In this document: positions 36,901 through 49,061 of the stretch, in pieces
Numbering within the stretch: the first letter of the stretch is position 1
How the letters are laid out: the number at the start of each line of letters is the position of its first letter
Position numbers and translations under genes: made by a program
The notes under the pieces: generated by a model
Seen by the model: the letters and a program-made list of their open reading frames with translations, nothing else
Told to the model about the DNA's origin: nothing
The model's database searches: none
Source: Bugula neritina
Lineage: Eukaryota > Animalia > Bryozoa
Assembly: GCA_964035545.1 (NCBI GenBank)
Contig: OZ037765.1
Coordinates: 22,505,504-22,569,503 of the forward strand
Direction: 5' to 3'
DNA: 64,000 nucleotides

Positions 36901-39159
36901 CTCATGAACCAACATACAGAGTGGAAAAAGGTTCTTACCAATACTAAGTATCATTGCCATGGGGTCTGCTTTTACCCGAACCCGATGGACATGTTACTTG
37001 TATTTATAAAACCATAATTACGGCATTGAACATACTACATTCTACGTGGTACTCTATTCATAACATCTGCAGTGTGAGTGGCTCTGTCAAGCACCTGAAG
37101 TGTCTATTGTTTTTTGCACTATTATGCCACTGCTATTATCTCAAAACTATAATAATGATCATGTATTGTAAACTTTTCAATTGACAATTTTCTCAATGTA
37201 AAGGCTGATTTTGCTTTTAATTATATTATTTTACAGCCATACACGTTATGTAACATTTTTGCTGATTACTAGAGAGTTTTGTCACACTAATATATTGTTA
37301 ATTATGAATGTATTGTTGCTGTTTTCACTATACACCAGTCTTAAAATGATTGTAATAATTTTTTGGTGAAATAAATTAATTTACAAGTAGCAAAATAGCT
37401 GCCCATTCATTTGTGGTTACTTTCTGCTAGCTAGTTTACAAGAATGCCTTCAGCAACTGGTCTCATTCAGAACACCTAATAGAACATTTGGTTGTAATTA
37501 TGTCCTGCAGACAAGACACGGCATTAATTAGATACCTAGTGACTGTTGATTAATAGTCTAATGTTCTCTATCTAGAAGTCACAGCAGCATATGTTTGTAT
37601 TCATAGCCTTACATTAATGAGTTTCAGGACTGTGAATTCAGTACAAAATGTAGAATAATTTTAGTTGAACAAAATTACTTGGCAATGTATTAATTAGTAT
37701 TGGTAGATATGGATGTTGAAAGTTTTTGGTAATGCAACTGTTTCAGGTGAGAAAATAGAACATTGTTAATGCAAGTTTTCTGTGAACATAAAGTTTATCA
37801 GATTTTTCTGATGGTTGCTTGTGTGAAGTTACGTACTCACGTGGTGCTATACTCATTATTTTTTATGAGAACCTCTGATAAAGCTTTTTTTCACGAGGGC
37901 CAAAGACTTTCTTTTGCGGAATTGTATATAAATGTTGGTATAAAAGTCAACTAAATTATTTAAAACTTGCAATTGGCAATGTGGATGATAGTGCATTCAG
38001 AATTTTTATTTCACAAAGACGTGGAAATGATATGCTCAAAAAGAGCAGGGAAGAATATTTTAACCTCTTGCTATCAACTATAAAGTATGCAAGACAAGGT
38101 TACTACAGCAAATATTAGCAGCAAGGTTCGCCATACATGAATTTATTGCAAAAAGGTTCAACGAGAGTATTTTTTGCTATAATTAAATAATAATTGTTTG
38201 TCTTTATATGAAGATAATGCATGCACAGTTGCAACTCATGTATATTACACTTATGAAATGAAAAGCATCATAAAATAACCAGTACATTGAAACCTTTCCA
38301 TTGCACATATTTATAACACTGCGTTTCCATTACTTCGCATTATTGGATGCTCCTACGAATGAATTTGCAGTCCCAGTTTGCATGGACTTATGTACGGTTG
38401 TAGCATCATTTGATGCCGCTGTTTCCTAACATAGAATGAAAAGTCTATTGGCATAATCGAAGGAAGCTTGAAAACGCAGTGTAATTTCCAATTGAATATT
38501 CAACATACCAAACAAGCTTTATGGTGTTTACTGAAGTTGATTCAACCTGGAATATATACATTCTAGAAATTTCCATATGCCTATATATTCTGATGATACA
38601 CTGATACTTGAAAACACTGCAGGTGTAAAAATATATTTCTCTTTGTGTTCATGTGGCATAAAGATGATAAAGCTGTTTACTGGATGCAGATATACAAAGT
38701 GCTACACGCATAAGAAATTCTTGAGAGAAAATATGCTGGTAAAGATGTATTCAAGCGTTTTTACACTATTCTGTAAAATATAGAGAAAGTTACATAAATG
38801 ACTCCCATATGGATAAACATTTTGCACAAAACTAGTTCTCTGGCTAATAGACAAACCAATTGGATTATACGAATACGTTTATGTGTCACCAACCTGGCTA
38901 AGGATTAAAAGAGCTCAGCAAACAGAGAACAGCACAAACATTAAACTTCTCATCAAATAAAGTAGTGTATTACCAACATCACACTCGCATGAACTGTCTG
39001 CAAAGGAAATGGGTGGCAATCTATTTTTAGAATAGTTTTATATTTTAACCAAGTAAAACTAACAGATCAAAATAGGAACAAAGTGACTAGTATTGTTGCC
39101 GATATCAAAGCAGTTGATGTATTGATGCTGGTACTAGTAGCTTGTACTATCAAACTCCA

Positions 39160-42100
39160 TCAATTACTAGCGTTGACTCTAGTACAAGTACTAGTATCTT
39201 CCGTTATATCACTACCGCCCGCGCTACCAGCTACAGCTTCTTCACTGCTCACCATAGCTCCAACCACGCAATCTGCTTTACTTGAAGGTAGTGCGTTGAC
39301 TTCAATGGACGGTTCATTTCCTTTCTCTTCCAAAGGCCGAGTGTTGTTTGCACAAGCATCGCCAACTTTTGATGGTAAAGGAGTGGCAGGAGTGTTGAGA
39401 GATGTAGGCTGAGGACCTACAGATATTGTTGTAGTCTGATGGGGTGCGGAGTTATTTGTTTTAAGTTCCTGGTCTATAATTTGTTGGTAGCTATGTAGGG
39501 GGAGGGTCTGTAGCCACTCAAACATGCTACGCTCTTCTTTCTCAGTCTTTAATATGTCTGAGTATATGTGCTCCATTTTAAACTTCTCAATTTCTTCCTA
39601 TATAAAACCAGATTATAGAAAACAGGGAAATGAGAATATTCTGATGTATTAAAAGAAAATAATCAATCCCATGGAAGTATTACATGAAGTGCATAGAATA
39701 GTCTTAGAAATGCCTGAATAGGAATGATCAGCTAAAAATAGATGTCGTTGATTACTATAAACTGAAAATATAAACAACATAACAATAACCAAAATTATCT
39801 AGTCCAACAATTTATCCAGCTAAAATTTGTCATTTTCCAGTGTTTACGTCAAAATGGGAACTTGCTTTATAAAGCATCAATGTTAAAAACAGAAATCCCC
39901 AACAATTTGCTATTCAAATTATTTCCAGGTATATAAGAGCAATACAAACCTTGTGGGCATCCCAGTCAATAGGCTCATGAACACCATCTGAGCCAAACCG
40001 CTTGTTGTAGGCATCGTAATGTAACTGTGTAATACAACAAAATTCAGCATGTCATTATATCTGCATTTAACGCACCTTTTATACATACTGTGAATACTAT
40101 AAAAGATATCCATAAAGAAGTTTCTCTCAAGCCCATTCTATTCATATTATATGTAACGATGTAAATAAGTTACAGCTACATGATGACTCATAAGCAAAAA
40201 GGACCTACCTTATCAAGCAAGAGGCCCAGCCCAGGGGCCTTTGGTATGTCTACCCTAGTTGGCCCCCAACATAACTGGAGGGTGTCTATGCTAGCGTATC
40301 CTTTAACAATGGCCATAGTTAATCCTAGACACAAAACAGAAAGCCAAAACTATAGTTGATGTTGAAAGATGCACCAAGTTAATTTTATATGCTACCCATA
40401 GCAAAACTTTATAATAAATAAGCTGCTCATACCGTAGTTGGAGAAATAAAAAACTTTTCACACAAACATTATATAGCATCAACAACTTGATATAATAAAT
40501 AAATAAACAATATAAATAAATAAAATGAATAGCATTTGATTTAAAAAGTGAAGAGCAGCCGTGGTCTAGTGGTAAGATCACAAGGCTTGAGTATTCAGTC
40601 ACAATTGCTCTTTTGCAACAATAGAAAATAAGTCCCTAGTCCGCTTAAAAGAAACCTCATCACCAGAGGTTCTCACAAGGATGTAGTAATAAACACATGT
40701 GAGTTTTATTTAAATTTATAAAGGTGAGCAAGTATTTCCTTAAATCAAACTTGAAATGCGGTGTAGAATGTTATGTATAATCAAGTGTAAGAAAGCTAGT
40801 TATATTTAGTAAGTAATAATGTGCATAATTGACTGATACAGCACAGCATATGTAACACATACCTATCATCTTCCTAATCTGGTGTAACATGAAACTCTGT
40901 CCCCTAATTGTTATAACTAGAAACTCCATACCATTTGACACGAAAGGAATTCCAGCCTAATAAATTAAAATGACAGGAAATCACAGTAACCATAGAAGAG
41001 AGAAAATGAACAACATTATTTTTTCAGGGTGCGGATAGAATTACAAGGAAAACTTGCATTACATTAAACTAGCATAAATGTATATCAGAGGTACACAAGA
41101 GAGATAGCCGTCAATATGAACAGGCTTAGTTTTAGCAAGCACTAGTAGTGGGATGAATCTTTAGGCTTGAAAAATACAACAGTTGTATCCTACACCAAAA
41201 TCTAAACTGATGTTTATAAACCATAGCCAAAAATTGATCCCTTAATTTATAGTACTTTTTTGTTCCTTTGCAAATTTTCGTCTGTTAAGAAAAATTAAGA
41301 AAATTGAAACCAAAATGTTGAGCATGAGACTTTTGAATCGCAAAGTGAGACCCATAAATAAAATACCTACGTTCAGCAGCATCATGTGACGGTTTGAACT
41401 TTTATCTGCAAAACCTCTAAAAAATAAATTGTAAAACTTTAGATTCCATGTTCTACAGAAATTAATGCAAGATCATCATGTTAATCATTGATCAACACAC
41501 AAGAAGTATACATGGCAGCAAAAAACTATCTCTATGTTTCCAAGCTGCGTATTATGTGAATGGAGTTTTCATTAATGTCTGGAAACAGTTGCATCGAATG
41601 AAACCACAACAATAAGGTAGTGCAAACCCAAACTATCAAATCCATATATAAGAGCATTCATTTACATAATGCAAAGCAACGAAAATGCAGTATATGGCCC
41701 AAACAACATGATAACACGACAGCTACACCATTTCATTTATATTATGTCACGTAGCAAGTTGCAACTTTCTAGAGGCCAACGAAACAGTATGTTTTATATA
41801 AAAACATCACTAGACACATCAAATTCATTTCAGACTCCAGAGCAAGATATAAATTAGAATTACAAATAAAGCTAAAAAGTTTACATTAAATGATATTTTT
41901 AGACAAATTGCGATACAAAGAGGCACCCCATCAAGCTAGCAATGTTTACACCAAACACTAACAACTTATTACAAACAGCGGCTGTAGTGGCTGTAGTAGC
42001 TGTAGTAACTGCTGGGGGCAAAGCTATGCCATCATATAATTTTACATGTTTCAATGCTATAGAATTGCCACATTCAACTTGCACTAACCTTCGGGATGTG

Positions 42101-45100
42101 AAATTATGAAAATTATGAGTTCCTTTAAAGTGTTGCATAACATCATTTATTTTGACTAGAAGATCCTCTGCAATATGTTAATATAATATATCAGCAAAAT
42201 ACATATACATGTGTAGAGCTCAACATAATCTTAGACATACAGTCAGTGCAGTATCTGGAAAATTCAACAAATGTGTCAGAAATTGTTATAAATAAAGTCT
42301 GTGAAACGCTGGAAATTGTAGAAGTCTTATAAATGTGATAACATAAAATTAAGAAGAATGAAGGTGATAAACTTTGAGATACTGTTTAAGATTCATAGAA
42401 GTAATAAACTTTACAGACGCAGCACTTCACATTTCAGTTATAAATTATTACGCCTAAAATAGATTGGAGCCACATATAAATCAAATAGGTATAACAATGC
42501 AATACAACTCATGCATAAAAGCTGCATGAAGTTAATCAAATGTTCATATTATATGCTTAGAACAAAATCAGTTTGCTTATATTATTATGCCAGTAGTATG
42601 TTTTGCTCCATTATTCTTTACGAAACAAGTAATTTGTTTACCCAGCTATAGAGTACTTAATATGTGGCATAGGGAATAATACTAATATTACAGTAATCAG
42701 TATACATATGTATGCACATTTGAAATATTTTTAAACATACCAGATATTCTGAAATCTTCCGTTGTTTGCTAAAACGAAACAAAATAATTTAGTTAAATAG
42801 ATTCAAATGAAGCAACAATAAAACAGACTGAAACAATTTTGCTATAAGCCACTTCTGTAGCAGAAAACTCCTTAAAGTTTTACATTTGCCTACATCTAAA
42901 CTAAAATATAACTAATTGTTCTAATGCAAACATAAAAACTAACCAGTCAGAACTAAGTCTACTTTCAAGCTTGGTAATGCTATAAACTTATTAATGAATA
43001 ATAAGCAGCAAAAAGCAATGAAAAGGCAGTGAATATCTTGGTTGAGGGAAAATACTTAAGAACTGACTTATTCCTTTGAACTCTATAGCTATCAACTTGG
43101 AAAATACTGAACAATTATTGATATTTTAGGAGTTGTCTTATTTCTTTAGGTGTGGGTTTACAACTCCATTGGCTGCAGCTGTGTAATTATAGGACACACG
43201 AATTTCATGTGCGGCATTCAATAATTTAACTATATATGGCTCTCATGCGGTTTTTTCCTGTTGAGCTGACAAAGAAATTATTACAAACAGAGAATATAAT
43301 CAAAGAACTGATGGGAAATTTCGAAGAATTCCAAAGTACCTGGTCTACAGGAGCGAAGGCGAATGTGGGAGTTAAGTACTCATATGTTCTGTAAGAGCAG
43401 TTGTGTTGGGCATCGAAACTCTTGGTCGCTTTCTTTATAGACACGACCCGAATGTCTTCAGGGAGCTTGAGGTTAATTCTTTCTACGGCATCATCAATAT
43501 CTGTCCTCATGTAAAATGGTATAACATTACAATAGAGTAACGCAAAAATTAGTGTAATATAAGCTAGATTTTAGTATCTTCAAGTAATTAGATATGATCA
43601 GTATATACTAAATTGCTCGTACTTTACTCCTGCAAGAAGATTAAAATTCATAAAGCATATAATGTCACACTAAATATGACGAACACCTAGGCATAAAAGG
43701 ATTTTTAAAGAATATACAATTGAATTAGAAACTGATTTTAATACCAATATATTATATATACTACCTGGAAAAGGTAGCAACACCACATAGTGGAAAAATT
43801 ATTATTTTTCCACTTCCTAAGAATATAGTGTGACAAAATGGTGAGCAAAATCAAATTATCAATAGGGACTACCATTATTATCAGACAATCAATGCAATTA
43901 ACAACTAAAAGTGCACTACTCCATTTTAAAATTAGACATATGAGAAAAGACAACTCCATAACTACATTCTTGAAAAATACTAAACATTGTTGGTTGATAG
44001 CGTTTTTAAATCCAGTGCTTAGATGCGTATCGAGTTTAATTTAATTGAGTATATCAACAAAAATATCCCAGAGCCTAATGTGGCTAGTAGTTGGAAATTA
44101 GTGTCCACAAATTATTGTGAGTGATAAATTTTAATAATCATAAAAAGATAGAGGCCTGTACTTCGCCAGTAAATGTTTATTGTTGTTTCAAATACTGGGT
44201 GGAATATCAGCACATGGCTAGTACAGAGGTACTAATAAAGCTATAACTATGTGCACTAGTATACATTAAGGTGATGAGACAGAGGGCGTGGCTATCTATA
44301 TTAATATGGTAATACTTATCAGGAAAGAGAAAACTTGACCAGCGGCTGAAACACCTTTGTCCGTCCTGGAAGCTCTTTGAAACCACATCTAAACGAGTAA
44401 AAAGTATAGAACTTTAAAAATAGATTTCTATCAAAACATTACCTTCAAGGCTTCATCATGTGAGCTAATAAACCAACTCGAGTAGCTGTATAATAGCTTA
44501 AATCTAAATAAAACATGAACTAAACAACACGTAATAACCACTATAGAATTTGTATTCTGCCCTCACATGTAATAAAATATACTTTATTCATAAAAACCCA
44601 CCTTATTCATAAAAACCCACCTTATTCAAAACAACCCACCTTAATCATAACATCTCACCTTACTCAAAACAACCCACCTTATTCATAACATCCCACCTTC
44701 CTAAAAACAACCTACCTTATTCAAAACAACCCACCTTATTCATAACATCCCACCTTACTCAAAGCAACCTACCTTATTCATAACAACCAACCTTATTCAG
44801 AGCAACCCACCTTACTCATATCATCAACATGCTCCTTAGTAATGAGATCTGACTGATGTAACGCATTGACTAACTCCCTCTCAATAGTTTTGTATTCCTG
44901 TTTAGTTCTGTAACGGAGTACAACATATTGATGGCTTAATTACTAATAAATAAATAAATATGCCAGCATGCTGTTTTATATCTTTATAATGTATTATAAA
45001 AAACAAACAAGGAAAGAAGGTGTACAACATTGCGAATATTCAGTTGTCACTAAAAACTTTGTAGACTACAACTATATGACAAGGAATAGATTTATGTTGA

Positions 45101-46439
45101 ATGTTCAAGCTGATAAAATAAGACTGAGCTAAATAGTAAATATTTTACATGTACACAATGCCGCTAGTTTTCAATTTTTGACAAGAACAGATTGAGTAGT
45201 AAAACAAATAGACATTGCTGCAAATTTCTTGTTTAAAATGGTTCACCATCCTACTGGTCCTTCAGCTAAAACCAGGGTTGGGGTAATTGTAATTTGTTGT
45301 AATTAATTACATTTTTTCAAGTAATTGTATGTAATTTGTATTTGATGTATAAAAACGTAATTGTAATTAATTACATTGCTAATGTAATTAATTGAATTTT
45401 ACAATTACTTTATAATTACATAACAATTACTTAAAATTTTTAAATCTTATAAAATTCATATTTTTGCTGCCTTGCCTACTGTTTAATAAAAAGTTCAGAT
45501 TATTTTAATGTGGTATTTATCACCCTATTTGTTACTGTTGAGAACAAGGAAGGTTTTCCGTTGTCAAATTTGTCCTGGCTAGTTAGACCCCAGAAGTGAG
45601 ATTATATAACTTTTATTTGTTTCTGGTGAGAACAAAAGTAATTGTAATTAATTACATTTATTTCAGCTGTAATTATAATTGTAATTGCAATTGACAAATT
45701 CTCATATAATTGTAATTGTAATTAATTGCATTTATATGTAATTGACCCCAACCCTGGCTGAAATATGCTGCACATTATTGGACTACTCTGACATAAACAT
45801 ATAGAAATCTGTTAGTTTGGGGTTCAAAGCAAAATTTTGAAGTATATAATGATTTTTAATTTTTAGTTTGAGATCAAATCTCATGCAAGCATGGTTAAAA
45901 AACTGCGTTGACTTACTGAATCTGCACACCATGGTAGCCTTTCCCGCTGTACACTGCTAGCAGTGCCACTTTCTTCCTTTTTACTCGCTTCACTTTAACA
46001 TGATCATCACCAACAGTCTACAGTCAGTGCATAAAATTGGTAACAGAAAAATTTATCAGATATCAAGCATGCAGGATAAGTCCTACAAGATATTTTTGAT
46101 AGAAAAACATCTCTTGTTCTGATACTGCTTACCTGTTACTGGTTTGAAATCACCTGAAGGTGAAACTAGGTCATTTAAATGCAAAGTTTTCTTCAAATTG
46201 CTTTAAATTGAAGAAATTTCATATACAAATAATTAACATGGAAAGAAAAACCATAAAAGATTTAATACCTGCAAATCTGATTTCAACTTTTTTAGAGATG
46301 TTTCAGAATTTATTGTCTCTTCGGCCTGTCTTTTAGTAGCATTTTCAGCATTTAGTTTGTTCATTGCTGAAAGTGGCCAAATAGTTTTCATTTGATCAAA
46401 ACTTTTTAGTAAAGTTTTTACTGTTTTTGCCACACCCAT
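39160..46439 (-). CDS. PUS1: tRNA pseudouridine synthase 1 (TruA family), about 494 aa, 12 coding exons
   Basis: Minus-strand exons 46439-46269, 46017-45917, 44907-44811, 44388-44320, 43510-43340, 42768-42741, 42167-42089, 41416-41371, 40956-40863, 40324-40209, 40024-39950, 39597-39160. Motifs [29 protein letters not shown] (catalytic Asp), [63 protein letters not shown]. The exon 4/5 junction is ambiguous (see findings). Confidence 0.95.
40553..40690 (+). mobile_element. Internally deleted copy of the same SINE (PUS1 intron)
   Basis: GAGCAGCCGTGGTCTAGTGG head joined to CAGTCACAATTG...AATAAGTCCCTAGTCCGCTT...GGTTCTCACA; the B-box region is missing. Confidence 0.7.
44584..44820. repeat. 19-bp minisatellite (12 units) that overlaps a PUS1 splice donor
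   Basis: Consensus TTATTCAWAACAACCCACC, exact 19-bp period from 44584 to 44811, running into the exon end. Confidence 0.95.
45273..45756. mobile_element. Non-autonomous hAT-like DNA transposon (MITE)
   Basis: TIRs CAGGGTTGGGGT(C)AATT / AATTGACCCCAACCCTG; many subterminal GTAATT/AATTAC repeats; 8-bp flanks GCTAAAAC versus GCTGAAAT (6/8 match), consistent with a decayed 8-bp TSD. Confidence 0.82.
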
Positions 46440-47529
46440 ATATTAAACACCAACAGCATCTGCAATAAAACATATCAACAACTCAGCAAAACTAAATTGG
46501 TTTTCACATTACTCATGAGTAATTATTCCACATTTGTGTAACTTCAATTCGCTTAGTGCTTACAGTTACAGTTGCTACTAGCACAACAGAATACATAGCT
46601 GTTTTTATAAGTAGGCTATAACTACAGGTCTTTTGTCTGTAAGAGAGCCGGGTGTGATACTTAATGCTGGCTGGGATACACTGTTGAACAAATAAAGTAA
46701 AATTTACAAATAATTCCATTGTTACTTGTAATTGTGATTGCACTCCAAGTCTTAGTCTAAGTCTATGCACTCACTGATTGTGAATCATTTATTCATTGAA
46801 ATAATTATGAATATCACTTGAATATGATCATCATAATCGTAATGATAATATTGTTGATTTGCATAGCATAACACTAACTGTACACACTTACAGTACTATA
46901 CTCATAGTAAATGTGATACTGATAGTTATACTTGTACTCATAAACCCAAAGTCATACTCATACTGATACTCACTTAAAGTTAATTCATCTTTTATTCTCA
47001 TCTTCATTTTGATTTTACTTTTAGTTTTTAGAATATATTATTATATTTACAACATCATATTCATATTGATATACTTATAATAAAACTGAATATCATTTAA
47101 TCAAATTCAATATTAATATAATTATAATTATTATCATTATCAATATGAATATGAAATTTAATTACTCAATTAGACAATTTGAATTTGAATTAGAATATTA
47201 TAATATTAATTATTAATATTATTAATAATAATAATAATATTTATATAATCTTAAACTTGACGTCAATCTCTATATACGCAATAAATACTCACGAAATAGT
47301 GCTCATAATATTACTTACAATTACATTAATTATGTATTACTATTATTTGCTTACTAATATTACTGTAAATATATTTGTTTTTTATTGTAACAGTGATGCT
47401 GATTTGTGAATGTGATTAGAGAAACAAAAAACCAACATGGTGACCTGTGAAAATCCTTGACATTTAAACGTTCTTGAAAAAACCTGGCGCATGTGATAGT
47501 AGCGTCAATTGTCATGGTAGCAAAAAGCT

Positions 47530-47590
47530 TTAACCAATAAAATATCACAAACAGCGCTCCCCAGAATGCACTGCTAATTTTACGCCATTG
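47530..47590. promoter_or_regulatory. Bidirectional promoter core between PUS1 and UNC119 with Staf/ZNF143-like site
   Basis: TCCCCAGAATGCACTGCT (47558-47575) matches 17/18 positions of the Staf consensus YYCCCANRRTRCNYYRCR; CCAAT at 47534 and YY1-like CGCCAT at 47583; lies between two divergent genes. Confidence 0.55.
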
Positions 47591-49061
47591 TAGACTTTCG
47601 CTATACAGTTAAATGTATTATATTTAATTTTATTACACACCAAACGGTAGAAAAATTATTCCAATTTAATCTGTTACTTATAGTCATAAGCATGTGATCT
47701 TGTAATGATTTTTTTTTAAAACTTGAAATATTTACTGCAGTTAGACAAATGAGGTTAATTAAACAATCGCTTGAGATTCAGACTGACTCTGAGATTGTGA
47801 ATCTCAATCTGAAAGTGAATTATTGAATGTCAAACTCAATGTGTCGAACTTCAACTTTAAATATTTAATAAATTTATAATAATATTAACCTCGCGTTTAG
47901 TATAATTTTATAGATATATAAATATATAGATTTAGATTGAGTATTATAAAATCATTAAAATTTAGTAACAATGATTAAATCATTAATATTAAAATTATTA
48001 ACATAAATTAAATTTAAAATATTATCCTTCACCTTTTTTATCTTTTACTTACGGTTACTCTTAGTCTTAGGAAATGAAATTTATTTAAAAATTTGGATAT
48101 ATTCATATTTAAAATAACCTTAATAGTTAATAGCAAAACTTAGAAGACTGGACGAAAAAATATATACATATACTTATAGTTATACTAAGTTAACTAACAC
48201 CATCGTGATCATCATGATCATCATTTTGATTGATTAATGCTAATCATCATTGCGATAATCATAAAGATTATGATTATGGCAATGCTTGTTTTAACTTTGG
48301 TATAAAATAACAATTAAATATAAGCTTAAAGTTCCTATAATTATACATTTTTCTAGTACAGTAGAACTAGATGACTAATACTATTAACAGCTGACTAGTT
48401 TTTTTTATATTTATTGACTCCTAATTCAGAAGGGTATAGTTTGTAGAATGCAACTCTGTGCCACATTGACATAGTAATAGGTAGCGAAGACTAACAGTAA
48501 CTTCTAAGCCAGTAACAGAGCAACATATGCTGCAGTACTAAATTTTAATGTTAGCTACTATTTTAAACATAATTTATTAGTATAGTATTTTTATGTTGGT
48601 TAGGATGATTCTGCATATTTCTGATATACGTTCCCTAAACGTTTACTCTGCTCAAAGTTGAATTACTAAACATATTTTACAATTTAGTTTGCATAGTATA
48701 TCAGGATAAACACAGATTTAACCTGTGTTATTTCAAATATGGGTAAATAATTTTTGCATTCAAAATGTCTTTTGTTTGGTCTATGACAATTTGGTTCTTT
48801 GGCTCTAAAAGGCAGTTTCTTTTTTCCTTAGGCCAGATTGAAGCATTTAATAAGTTCATTGTGCGAACTGGTGTTTTTTATCAATTTGATTTGTTACTAT
48901 CTAGCTATTTTTGCTTTTTTCTAGATAGAAAATGGAAACCATGCCGTGTCTTCCTCTTAGTGAAAACAATTAACCCTACAACTGGTATTTTGGAATTCTG
49001 CACTGTTGCTGATTAAACATCATCAATTATTTAATCTAGCATTACACTTTTACAAAGTGCA

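Noticed and set aside
39065-39162. Stop-codon readthrough extension of PUS1 (open for about 30 codons after TGA)
   Set aside because: TGA-T context is not leaky and the open stretch is within chance expectation; no support without conservation data.
39083-39412. Plus-strand 109-aa ORF (likewise 55971-56315, 22239-22514, 26031-26246, 10068-10334)
   Set aside because: Antisense shadows of real coding exons.
44584-44820. Regular repeat arrays (also 3084-3189) as CRISPR-like
   Set aside because: Units are contiguous with no unique spacers, there are no cas genes, and the context is a eukaryotic intron.
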